DNA from: an uncultured Anaerolineales bacterium
GTDB lineage: Bacteria > Chloroflexota > Anaerolineae > Anaerolineales > UBA4823
DNA: 55,552 bases
NCBI GenBank assembly: GCA_903872065.1
Contig: CAIQJJ010000419.1
Span: 1-55,552, forward strand
Reading direction: 5' to 3'
Part shown: positions 18,258-26,490 of the stretch, piece by piece
Position numbering within the stretch: the stretch's first letter is position 1
How the letters are laid out: the number at the start of each line of letters is the position of its first letter
Made by a program: the position numbers and the translations under genes
Notes under the pieces: model-generated
What the model saw: only the letters and a program-made list of their open reading frames with translations
Database searches by the model: none
Told to the model about the DNA's origin: nothing

Positions 18258-18330
18258 CATATTGTCAATATGTTTAGATGTATTGACATATTGACGTAGT
18301 ATTGAAATCATGTATACTTTTAAGTACACA
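18258..18330. promoter_or_regulatory. Divergent control region: palindromes plus a sigma70-like promoter for the GntR gene
   Basis: Perfect palindrome CATATTG-T-CAATATG at 18258-18272. Plus-strand promoter with -35 TTGACG at 18291-18296, a 16-nt spacer, and -10 TATACT at 18313-18318. Imperfect palindrome TGTATACTTTTAAGTACACA at 18311-18330 overlaps the -10. TATTGA is repeated three times at 18281-18306. Confidence 0.4.
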
Positions 18331-18454
18331 GTTTTGTGTGTTTAAAAGGCAGGATTCTTGACCATACCTGGCGCGGCAAAAGATTGCGCTTTTCTCATGC
18401 AGCAGAAAACCCAATTTGCGCTTGCTCCAGGTATATTACAAAAGGAGCCGCGAA

Positions 18455-19204
18455 ATGCCCATGGCTGAATTGACCCAAAATGGAGTTCCGTTTTATCATC
18501 AACTGAAGGAAATTTTCAGCGAGAAAATCGAAAATGGTGAATGGCGACCGGGCGAGACGATCCCCCCTGAGAACCAATTGTGTGAGATGTTCAATGTCAG
18601 CCGGGGACCGGTGCGCCAGGCGCTAGACATCCTGGTGCGGGATGGTCTGCTCTCGCGTAAGCAAGGCAAAGGGACGATCGTCCTGCCGCCGAAGATCGAA
18701 CGCGGGCTGGGGACGTTTTACAGCTTTACCACCTTGATCGAGCAAAAAGGGATGAACGCTTCGACCCAGATGTTGTCTTTTGAGACCGTCACTGCGCAGG
18801 GCAGCGTTGCCCGTTACCTGGAGATCCCCCCCGAAGAGCCGTTATTTAAGGTGCGGCGGCTGCGCTTGGCCAACGGCGAGCCGTTAATTTTAGAGGTGAT
18901 CTATATCCCCGCTTCGATTTGCGATTCACTGACCGCGGAAAAAATGTTGACCACGCCGCTTTATACCATTCTCTCCACCTGCTATGGAATTGTTCTGACC
19001 CGCGCCAAGCAGTTTTTTGAGCCGGTAGTCACGGACGAATACGAGTCGCAAAAGCTGGGCATCTCAAACGGCGCGCCGGCGCTGCTCATCCAAAACATTA
19101 CATATCGCTCAGATAACCGGCCGGTTGTATTGAGCAAGGCGATCATGCGCGGCGACCGCGTGCGCTATTATGTCGAACTAAGCGCCCAAATCAATGTCCC
19201 TTAA
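18455..19204 (+). CDS. GntR-family transcriptional regulator, HutC subfamily (wHTH plus UTRA domain)
   Basis: PFYHQLKEIFSEKIENGEWRPGETIPPENQLCEMFNVSRGPVRQALDILVRDGLLSRKQGKGT is a canonical GntR wHTH. The length and C-terminus fit a UTRA effector domain. Start set at MPMAEL (ATG 18455) with AAAGGAG 7 nt upstream. Confidence 0.9.
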   Translation: MPMAELTQNGVPFYHQLKEIFSEKIENGEWRPGETIPPENQLCEMFNVSRGPVRQALDILVRDGLLSRKQGKGTIVLPPKIERGLGTFYSFTTLIEQKGMNASTQMLSFETVTAQGSVARYLEIPPEEPLFKVRRLRLANGEPLILEVIYIPASICDSLTAEKMLTTPLYTILSTCYGIVLTRAKQFFEPVVTDEYESQKLGISNGAPALLIQNITYRSDNRPVVLSKAIMRGDRVRYYVELSAQINVP

Positions 19205-19254
19205 AAGACCGTCTTTACTTTGCAGTTAAATTTTCCCCACGATTGGAGTATTGC

Positions 19255-20232
19255 ATGGGAACAAACGAAATTGCTTTATATCAGACGATGGTTCTCATTC
19301 GCCGTTTTGAAGAGACCGTCAACGAGCTGTACATGCAGGGTCGCATTCCCTCCACCCTGCACCTGTACATCGGGCAGGAAGCGGTAGCAGCCGGCGTGTG
19401 CAGCGCCCTCAACCTGGATGATTACGTCTTGACCACCCACCGCCCGCATGGACACGCCCTGGCAAAGGGGGTCGAGGCGAAAGCGATCATGGCTGAACTT
19501 TTCGGCAAAGCCACCGGAACCTGCAAGGGCAAAGGCGGTTCGATGCACGTCGGCGATATCCGCGTGGGCGTTTTCCCGGCCATCGCGATCGTCGGCGGGA
19601 ATGTTCCGATTGCCGCCGGGGCGGCCCTCTCGGCAAAGATGATGAAGAACGGACGCGTGGCGGTCAGCTTCTTTGGCGACGGCGCAGCAAACGAGGGCGA
19701 TTGGCACGAGGCGATGAACGTCGCCGCGCTGTGGAAGCTGCCCATGCTCTTTGTTTGCGAAAATAACCTGTACGCCGCCTCGACGCCCTACAAAGCCGCT
19801 TTTAATATTGAGACGATCGCCAGGCGGGCTGATGCGTATGGCATGCCAGGCGTGGTGGTGGACGGCAACGATGTCCTCGCCGTCCATCGCGTTGCCCAAC
19901 AGGCGGTCGAGCGCGCCAGGGCTGGAGAGGGGCCGACGTTGATCGAGTGCCGCACCTACCGCCAATGCGGTCATTCGCGCTCTGATCCGCGCACCTACCG
20001 CACGCAGATCGAAGAAGCCGAGTGGAAGACCAAAGACCCGATTGTCAATTTCCGCAAATACCTGCTCGAAGAGCTGCATGTGGATGAAAACAGCCTGCGC
20101 CAGGTTGACGAAAAAGTTGAGGCGGACCTCCGTGAGGCCATCGCCTACGCCGACGCCAGCCCCCTGCCTGCTGCGGACGATCTGTATTCCGATGTCTACA
20201 CCCCCACATCCGAAGGAGGACGCCATGCCTAA
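19255..20232 (+). CDS. Thiamine-diphosphate-dependent dehydrogenase E1 component, alpha subunit (pyruvate/acetoin/branched-chain 2-oxoacid type)
   Basis: YIGQEAVAAGV, the GGNVPIAAGAALS...FFGDGAANEGDWHEAMN TPP-binding motif, and YRQCGHSRSD. GGAG lies 7 nt upstream of ATG 19255. Confidence 0.9.
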   Translation: MGTNEIALYQTMVLIRRFEETVNELYMQGRIPSTLHLYIGQEAVAAGVCSALNLDDYVLTTHRPHGHALAKGVEAKAIMAELFGKATGTCKGKGGSMHVGDIRVGVFPAIAIVGGNVPIAAGAALSAKMMKNGRVAVSFFGDGAANEGDWHEAMNVAALWKLPMLFVCENNLYAASTPYKAAFNIETIARRADAYGMPGVVVDGNDVLAVHRVAQQAVERARAGEGPTLIECRTYRQCGHSRSDPRTYRTQIEEAEWKTKDPIVNFRKYLLEELHVDENSLRQVDEKVEADLREAIAYADASPLPAADDLYSDVYTPTSEGGRHA

Positions 20233-21238
20233 GATGAGTATTGCCGAAGCGATCCGCCAGGGGATCCGCGAAGAAATGCGCCGCGATGCGCGTGTGTTCT
20301 GCCTGGGTGAAGATATCGGCATCCAGGGAGGTTTTGGCGGCGCTTTCACCGTCACCCTGGGTTTGTCTGAAGAATTTGGTCATGAACGCATTTTGGATAC
20401 CCCGATTTCGGAAGCGGCGATTGCTGGCCTGGCGATTGGGTCGGCGGTGTGCGGCATGCGCCCGATCGCGGATGTCCAATATGGCGATTTCTTGTTTGAG
20501 ATGATGGATCAGCTTGCCAACCAGGCCGCCAAACTGCGCTACATGTCCGGCGGCACCCTCTCGGTGCCAATGGTGATGCGCGCTCCGGTGGGAGCGACCG
20601 GGCGCGGCTCGCAGCACGCCCAAAGCCTGGAAGCATTCTTTACCCATGTACCTGGTTTGAAGGTGGTCTGCCCGGCCACCGCCTATGACGCCAAGGGGCT
20701 GCTCAAGGCCGCTGTGCGCGATGATGACCCGGTGTTGATTTTTGAGCATAAGCTGCTGTATGGCTCTAAAGGGGCGCGCAGCGAAAAAGGCGCTCTCAGC
20801 CCAATCGGCGAGGTGCCGGACGAAGATTATATTGTCCCGATCGGCGTCGGCGCTGTCCGGCGCACGGGCAAGGATGTCACAATCGTGGCCAACCTGCTCA
20901 TGCTCTATCGTTCCCTGGCGGCGGCGGAAACCCTGGCGCAAAAGGGCATCGAAGCGGAGGTGATTGACCCGCGCACGCTGGTGCCGCTCGACAAGAACTT
21001 GATTTTGGACTCGGTGCGCAAGACCGGGCGCTTGTTGATCGTGGAAGAGGACAACCTGACCAACGGCTGGGTGGCGGAAGTAGCAGCCTTGATGGCGGAT
21101 GAAGGGTTTGCCTGGCTCGACGCGCCGATCAAGCGCGTGGCCGCGCCGGATGTGCCGCCGCCTTTTGCCCCGCCGCTCGAAAGAGCGTATGTCCCCGATG
21201 AGCAGCGTATCGTGGACGCGGTCCTGTCTATGCTGTGA
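20225..21238 (+). CDS. E1 component beta subunit
   Basis: MPKMSIAEAIRQGIREEMRRDARVFCLGEDIG...DTPISEAAIAGLAIGSA is typical of E1-beta. Its ATG overlaps the alpha stop (ATGCCTAA, 8 nt). Confidence 0.9.
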   Translation: MPKMSIAEAIRQGIREEMRRDARVFCLGEDIGIQGGFGGAFTVTLGLSEEFGHERILDTPISEAAIAGLAIGSAVCGMRPIADVQYGDFLFEMMDQLANQAAKLRYMSGGTLSVPMVMRAPVGATGRGSQHAQSLEAFFTHVPGLKVVCPATAYDAKGLLKAAVRDDDPVLIFEHKLLYGSKGARSEKGALSPIGEVPDEDYIVPIGVGAVRRTGKDVTIVANLLMLYRSLAAAETLAQKGIEAEVIDPRTLVPLDKNLILDSVRKTGRLLIVEEDNLTNGWVAEVAALMADEGFAWLDAPIKRVAAPDVPPPFAPPLERAYVPDEQRIVDAVLSML

Positions 21239-21250
21239 GCAGGAGGCGCA

Positions 21251-22693
21251 ATGGCAACCCCAATTATTGTTCCTCCTCTCAGCCAGACAATGGACAGCCT
21301 GGTCTTTGTAACCTGGTTGAAGCAGGTCGGCGAGCGGGTGGAGAAGGGCGAACCTCTCTACCAGGTAGAAACGGATAAAGCTGTCCTGGATGTGGAAGCG
21401 CCGGCCGCCGGCATTGTGCAAGAAGCCTCGGCTGCGCCAGGCAGCGAAGTCCTGGTCAAGTCCACCATCGGCCTGATCGTCTCGCCGGCTGAACAAACCT
21501 CCGTCCAACCTGGCGCGGCGGCCTCGCCGCGCCAGAGTCGCATCTTTGCCAGCCCGCGCGCCCGCAACCTGGCCAAAGCTGAAAATGTCCCCCTGGGCGC
21601 TGTCCAGCCAAGCGGGCCGCAGGTGAAACTGCCGCACGTAACTGAAACACAGGCGATGATCGTCGAACGAGACGTGCGCGCATACGTGGAGCTTCAAAAG
21701 CAGCCGCCTGCGCCGCCGGAGAAGGCGCGGCCAGAGGCCGCCGAGAGGCCAGCCTCCAGGCCAGCCGAAGTGCGCGCCACCCCCCTGGCGCGGCGCGTGG
21801 CGCAAGCGACAGGCGTAGACCTGGAGACTGTGGCGCAGGCGCGCCAGGGGACGGTCATCCGGCGCGCCGATGTGGAAGGCGCCCTGCGCGGCGAGGCGGA
21901 GCCGCGCGCGCCGAAGGAGGCCGCAGCCGCCGCGCCGCCGCCGGTCGTGACGCCAACGCGCCTGGCCGGCAAAGGGCGGCCCGTGGCGCTCAGCGCCCTG
22001 CGCAAGACAATCGCCCGCCGCATGCAGGCCAGCCATCAGATCACTGCGCCGGTGACGTTGATGCGCGAAGTAGATGCGACCGAACTGGTCAACTTGCGCG
22101 CCAACATCTTGAACGAACTGCCGGCGGACGCTGGAGCGCCGCGCCCAACCTATACCGATTTCCTCATGGTCATCCTGGCGCACACCCTGCCGCGCCATCC
22201 CCATCTCAACGCCCTTTACCAGGACGAGGAGTTTGTGGTCTATGACGAAGTGCACCTGGCCCTGGCCATTGAAACCGAGCGCGGCCTGGTAGCGCCGGTC
22301 ATCCACGACCTGCTCCATAAGCCCCTGCTCGATCTGGCCGCGGCCCGCGTCCAACTGGCCGAGCGCGCCCACGCCGGAACGCTGGCGGCGGAAGAACTCA
22401 GCGGCGGAACCTTCACCCTGACCAATCTGGGCGCGCTGGGGATTGACGGCTTTACCCCACTGCTCAACCCGCCGCAGGTAGCCATCCTGGGCATGGGCCG
22501 CATCCGCCCTATCCCGGCGGTGGTCGCCGACCAGGTCAGCATTCGCCAGGTCATGACTTTATCCTTGACCTTCGATCACCGCCTGGTGGATGGCGCGCCG
22601 GCCGCCAAGTTTTTGCTGGACGTGGCCCAACTAGTGGAAAAGCCCTATTTGATCTGGTTAGCCAACTTTAAATCAGTCCCAGGAGAACGGTGA
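21251..22693 (+). CDS. Dihydrolipoamide acyltransferase E2 component
   Basis: Lipoyl domain with ETDKAVLDVEAP, Ala/Pro-rich linkers, two peripheral-subunit-binding-like segments, and a catalytic domain with LSLTFDHRLVDGAPAAKFL. Confidence 0.9.
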   Translation: MATPIIVPPLSQTMDSLVFVTWLKQVGERVEKGEPLYQVETDKAVLDVEAPAAGIVQEASAAPGSEVLVKSTIGLIVSPAEQTSVQPGAAASPRQSRIFASPRARNLAKAENVPLGAVQPSGPQVKLPHVTETQAMIVERDVRAYVELQKQPPAPPEKARPEAAERPASRPAEVRATPLARRVAQATGVDLETVAQARQGTVIRRADVEGALRGEAEPRAPKEAAAAAPPPVVTPTRLAGKGRPVALSALRKTIARRMQASHQITAPVTLMREVDATELVNLRANILNELPADAGAPRPTYTDFLMVILAHTLPRHPHLNALYQDEEFVVYDEVHLALAIETERGLVAPVIHDLLHKPLLDLAAARVQLAERAHAGTLAAEELSGGTFTLTNLGALGIDGFTPLLNPPQVAILGMGRIRPIPAVVADQVSIRQVMTLSLTFDHRLVDGAPAAKFLLDVAQLVEKPYLIWLANFKSVPGER

Positions 22694-23769
22694 TGAAAAG
22701 AGATCGTGTGCGTCAAGAAGGGGCGCGGATTCAAGATCAGATCAAGTTTCGCGGTTTCGAGGCCCTGATCTTAGAAAACCGCTGGCTGCGTGTGCTGATC
22801 TCGCCGGAAAAAGGGTCAGACATCCTCGAACTGGTCTACAAACCGTTGGATCTGGACCTCTTATGGCGCGCCCCGGCCGGGTTTTGGCAATTGGAACAGC
22901 CCTACGCAGCCGATGTGACCATCCGCCGCTCTTTCATTGATTGTTATCCAGGCGGCTGGCAGGAAATCCTGCCCAACGGCGGGCCCGGCTGCGTCTACCA
23001 GGGCGCGCCCTTTGATGAGCATGGCGAAACCCCCTTGCTGCCCTGGAGCTGCCAGATCATCGAAGATGAACCGCAAAGCGTCGCCGTTCGCCTCACGACG
23101 CGCACCCTGCGCGCCCCGCTGCGGATCGAGAAGATCGTGCGCCTTAAGGAAGACTCGGCTTTATCGTTCCAGGAAAGCGTTACCAACCTGGGCGTGGAGC
23201 CTGTGGCGGCCATGTGGGGGCATCACCCTGCCCTGGGCGCGCCGCTGATTGACCAGGGCTGCTGGATTGACCTGCCCGAATGCCGCGGCGTCGCCCATCC
23301 GGTTGAGCGTTTTCCGACCCAGCGCCTGGCCCCTGACCAGGCTTTTACCTGGCCTCTTGCGCCAGGCCGATATGGTGGTACGATAGATTTGAGTCGTGTG
23401 CAAGCGCCGCACGCCGGCAGCGCCGACCTGGTTTACCTGACCGACCTATCCGAAGGCTGGTGCGCGGTGACCAATCCCAGGCTTCAGGTCAGTTTTGGCA
23501 TGGCCTGGACGCAGGAGACTTTCCGCCACCTGTGGATATGGCACGACGCCAATGGTACAAGCGGCTATCCCTGGTATGGGCAGGGCTATGTGCTGGCGTT
23601 AGAGCCGTGGAGCAGCTATCCGAGCATGGGATTGGCAGAAGCGGTCGCCAGAAATACCCACCTTCTCTTGCAGCCCGGCGAGACGCGGCGCGCGGAATTG
23701 ACGGCGGCCGTTGCGCCAAACGCCCAACGCGTGCGCCAGGTGTCACTGGCCGGCCAGATCAAAGTTTAA
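22693..23769 (+). CDS. Aldose-1-epimerase-like (galactose mutarotase fold, DUF4432-like) protein
   Basis: FEALILENRWLRVLISPEKGSDILELVYKP..DLLWRAP and the overall length resemble DUF4432/mutarotase-like proteins. The ATG overlaps the E2 stop (TGATG), and AGGAGA lies 6 nt upstream. Confidence 0.65.
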   Translation: MKRDRVRQEGARIQDQIKFRGFEALILENRWLRVLISPEKGSDILELVYKPLDLDLLWRAPAGFWQLEQPYAADVTIRRSFIDCYPGGWQEILPNGGPGCVYQGAPFDEHGETPLLPWSCQIIEDEPQSVAVRLTTRTLRAPLRIEKIVRLKEDSALSFQESVTNLGVEPVAAMWGHHPALGAPLIDQGCWIDLPECRGVAHPVERFPTQRLAPDQAFTWPLAPGRYGGTIDLSRVQAPHAGSADLVYLTDLSEGWCAVTNPRLQVSFGMAWTQETFRHLWIWHDANGTSGYPWYGQGYVLALEPWSSYPSMGLAEAVARNTHLLLQPGETRRAELTAAVAPNAQRVRQVSLAGQIKV

Positions 23770-23789
23770 TAATGAAAGGTATGTGACCA

Positions 23790-26033
23790 ATGAGCGAAAT
23801 GATCCTTGAAGAACATAAAATCAACGCCAGTGAAGCAATTGTGACCAGCGAGGCGGTCATCAAAGCCCCGCCGAAGTTCATTCAATCGCCGCGCATCCAA
23901 AAATTGGCGCAGCGCAGCCGCGAACTGGCGATCAGCGGCAAACGCCGCCTGGGGTCGCCTGAAATGCCCCTGGGCGATCACGCTTGCTGGATTGACATTG
24001 GGCCTTTTCCTGATCGCGATCAAATGCCCTCCAGGGTCAATGGCTACGAGGCCAGCGGCGAAAGCTGGGGGCGCGATTATGCCTTTCTGGTGGATCATTT
24101 CCCGGTGGATATCTACGAAAATGAGCGCATTGTCGGCGAAATCCATTGGGAGATGCACATGGTGCGGCAGTATGTCTGGCCGCAAAGCGTGCTAAAAGTG
24201 GGCGAGTGGGCGTCAGAGTTGGGCGCCAGCGGGTTCAGCAGCGGTCACACCTGCCCCGACCTGGCCATTGGCCTGGAGCAGGGTTGGGGCGGCATTTTGG
24301 AGCGCATCAAGCGCAGCCGCGCCAAATACCTGGAGCTTGACAATCAAGCCAGGGCCTCTTATCTGCATGGTTTAGAGATGATCTGCGAGTCGGTGATCGG
24401 CTTCATTCAGCGCCATGCCGAGAAAGCCCGCCAACTGGCGCAAGATGAAAGCGACCCCTGGCAAAAACAGACCTATTTGCGCGTCGCCGAATGCTGCGCG
24501 CACATCGCCACGCAGCCTCCGCGCACGTATTATGAAGGCGTGCAGTGGATCCACTTCGCCGTCATGCTCGATCGGGTGGTCGGTCATGGCAATGGCTATG
24601 GGCGGCTCGATCTGTATTTGATTGACCTGTACCGCAAGAGCCGCGCCACCGGCGAGTTAAGCGATGAGGAGGCGCGTGAATATCTATCCGAGATGTTCCT
24701 CAAGCTGCGCGGCCAGTTCTTCAGCCTGGGCGGGCGAGATGCGCAGTTGAACGACGCCACCAACGAGATGAGCTTTGTTGTGCTGGAAGCGTATGACCTG
24801 ATCGGCGACTACAACAACCTGGGCGTGATGTGGCATACCGATATTAACCGCGAGTTTTATAACTACGCCTGCGATGTGCTGGCGCGGCACGGCGAAAGCA
24901 TTCCCGTCCTGGTCAACTACGATCTGATGCGCGAAGCGGAACTGCGCTCCGGTGTGCCGGAAGAGGACGCCTGGCGAGTGGTCTACAGCGGCTGCCAGTG
25001 GTTCTGCATCCCCGGCAAGGAGTACTGCGATCAAGATGTCAATTCGATCAATCTGCTCGTCCCGATGCAGCGCACGATTGCGGCCGCGATCGAGCAGCAG
25101 GCCGCCGATTTCGAGACCTTCTACACCCTCTTTGAAGAAGAACTGACCATCACCGCCCGCGCCCTGCGCACCTGGAAGAACAGCCAGTATGAATTCTTGG
25201 GCAGCCTGTGGCCTGAAATGTTCACCTCGATGAACAGTCACGGGCCTATTGAGCGCGGCATAGACATGGTGGATCAGCGCGGGGTGGATTACCAGTACAC
25301 CTCGGTCAACATTTTAGGCATTCCGAATGTGGCCGATTCGTTCCATGCCATCAGGAAACTGGTCTTTGAACAGAAGCGCTATCCTCTGGCCGAGGTGCAA
25401 GAAGCCGTCGCGACCAACTGGGCCGGACGCGAAGTCATGCGCCAGCGCTTCCTCAACCAGGACAAGTTCGGCAACGATCTGGATGAGGTGGATGCCTTGT
25501 TCGTGCGCGTGACCGAGTCCCTGGCGCGCATCTTGGGCAGTATGGTCAACCTGCGCGGGCAAGAATTTCGCGCCTCGCTCTTTCACTTCCAGGGCCATCT
25601 CACCCCGGAGAGGATCGGGGCGACGCCGGATGGCCGCCTGGCGCAGGAATACCTGGCGCATGGCATCAACCCACAGGTCGGGCGCAACCTGACCGGCCTG
25701 CTGGCTACCGCCAACTCCATCGCCAAGGTCGATCAGCGTAAGTTCCAGGGCGGGACGATGCAGGTTGAGCTGCAGCCGAAGTTCTTTGATGGCAAAGAAG
25801 AAATCTGGAAATACATCCGCGACTTTTCGGACGTTTTCTTCAGAAAGGGCGGCATTCAGATCAATCTCAACATTATGGACTTGAAGAAGCTGCAAGACGC
25901 CATGGATCACCCCGAAAACCCCGCCTACCAAAATATCATCGTGCGCGTGACGGGCTACGCCAGCCGCTTCATTTGCCTGTCGCACGCTTACCAGAAAGAA
26001 TTTGTCGCCCGGATGAATTACGAAGGATTGTAA
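23790..26033 (+). CDS. Glycyl radical enzyme homologue (PFL2/glycerol-dehydratase-like family), substrate unknown
   Basis: C-terminal glycyl-radical motif IIVRVTGYASRF. The PFL-like core reads PRTYYEGVQWIHFAVML...GYGRLDLYLIDLY...FSLGGRD...NEMSFVVLEA. The Cys loop reads YSGCQWFCIPGK. Confidence 0.85.
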   Translation: MSEMILEEHKINASEAIVTSEAVIKAPPKFIQSPRIQKLAQRSRELAISGKRRLGSPEMPLGDHACWIDIGPFPDRDQMPSRVNGYEASGESWGRDYAFLVDHFPVDIYENERIVGEIHWEMHMVRQYVWPQSVLKVGEWASELGASGFSSGHTCPDLAIGLEQGWGGILERIKRSRAKYLELDNQARASYLHGLEMICESVIGFIQRHAEKARQLAQDESDPWQKQTYLRVAECCAHIATQPPRTYYEGVQWIHFAVMLDRVVGHGNGYGRLDLYLIDLYRKSRATGELSDEEAREYLSEMFLKLRGQFFSLGGRDAQLNDATNEMSFVVLEAYDLIGDYNNLGVMWHTDINREFYNYACDVLARHGESIPVLVNYDLMREAELRSGVPEEDAWRVVYSGCQWFCIPGKEYCDQDVNSINLLVPMQRTIAAAIEQQAADFETFYTLFEEELTITARALRTWKNSQYEFLGSLWPEMFTSMNSHGPIERGIDMVDQRGVDYQYTSVNILGIPNVADSFHAIRKLVFEQKRYPLAEVQEAVATNWAGREVMRQRFLNQDKFGNDLDEVDALFVRVTESLARILGSMVNLRGQEFRASLFHFQGHLTPERIGATPDGRLAQEYLAHGINPQVGRNLTGLLATANSIAKVDQRKFQGGTMQVELQPKFFDGKEEIWKYIRDFSDVFFRKGGIQINLNIMDLKKLQDAMDHPENPAYQNIIVRVTGYASRFICLSHAYQKEFVARMNYEGL

Positions 26034-26068
26034 ACCGCGCCCCAGAGCGGTTGCACGGCAAGAATAAC

Positions 26069-26103
26069 CCATTGCGCAGACTGCCGGGCAGTCTGCGCAA
26101 TGG
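26069..26103. terminator. Perfect 15-bp hairpin between convergent genes (bidirectional terminator candidate)
   Basis: CCATTGCGCAGACTG ccggg CAGTCTGCGCAATGG lies 36 nt after the GRE stop and 37 nt after the DUF4404 stop on the other strand. The T tracts are weak. Confidence 0.5.
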
Positions 26104-26139
26104 ATTTAAGGGGTTGCCGTCAGAAGCCTGTAAGTGAGT

Positions 26140-26412
26140 TCAAATGCCAGTGTTGCTTAAAACATCCAGCAGCCTGGAAACGATGGTGGTCAAGACGGGA
26201 TGCGTTACCTCGAAATGGTAGACCGTCCCTTCCAGGCGCTGAACCAATGGGGGATGCAGTTGCAGCGGTGATTCCTCCGAACGCTCAAGCAGGGTCCGGA
26301 TATCTACGTCAAGGTCACGCAGCAGCCGGCCGCCCTCCTCGTCAACTGTCTCAGTATGACTGATTTCCTCATGTAGTTGATGCAAAATTTTACGCAGCTC
26401 ATTATTGTCCAT
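26140..26412 (-). CDS. DUF4404-like small protein
   Basis: MDNNELRKILHQLHEEISHTETVDEEGGRLLRDLDVDIRTLLERS resembles DUF4404 proteins as I recall them. Start set at ATG 26412 with AAGGAGAGG upstream. Confidence 0.5.
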   Translation of the reverse strand: MDNNELRKILHQLHEEISHTETVDEEGGRLLRDLDVDIRTLLERSEESPLQLHPPLVQRLEGTVYHFEVTHPVLTTIVSRLLDVLSNTGI

Positions 26413-26490
26413 AGGCAAGCCTCTCCTTCGCGCGGCTGTCATTATTTTAACCGGAATCGTCCAAAATACCGGATGAACACAGGTTGAAAA

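Noticed and set aside
20045-22372. 775-aa ORF antisense to the E1beta/E2 genes. Similar long antisense ORFs occur at 19276-20355, 28267-29547, 33876-35615, 42440-43702 and 51096-52922.
   Set aside because: Each lies opposite a gene with clear family motifs. Their translations are Arg/Gly/Ala/His-rich low-complexity strings with no recognisable domains. This is typical of stop-codon-poor shadow frames in high-GC DNA.
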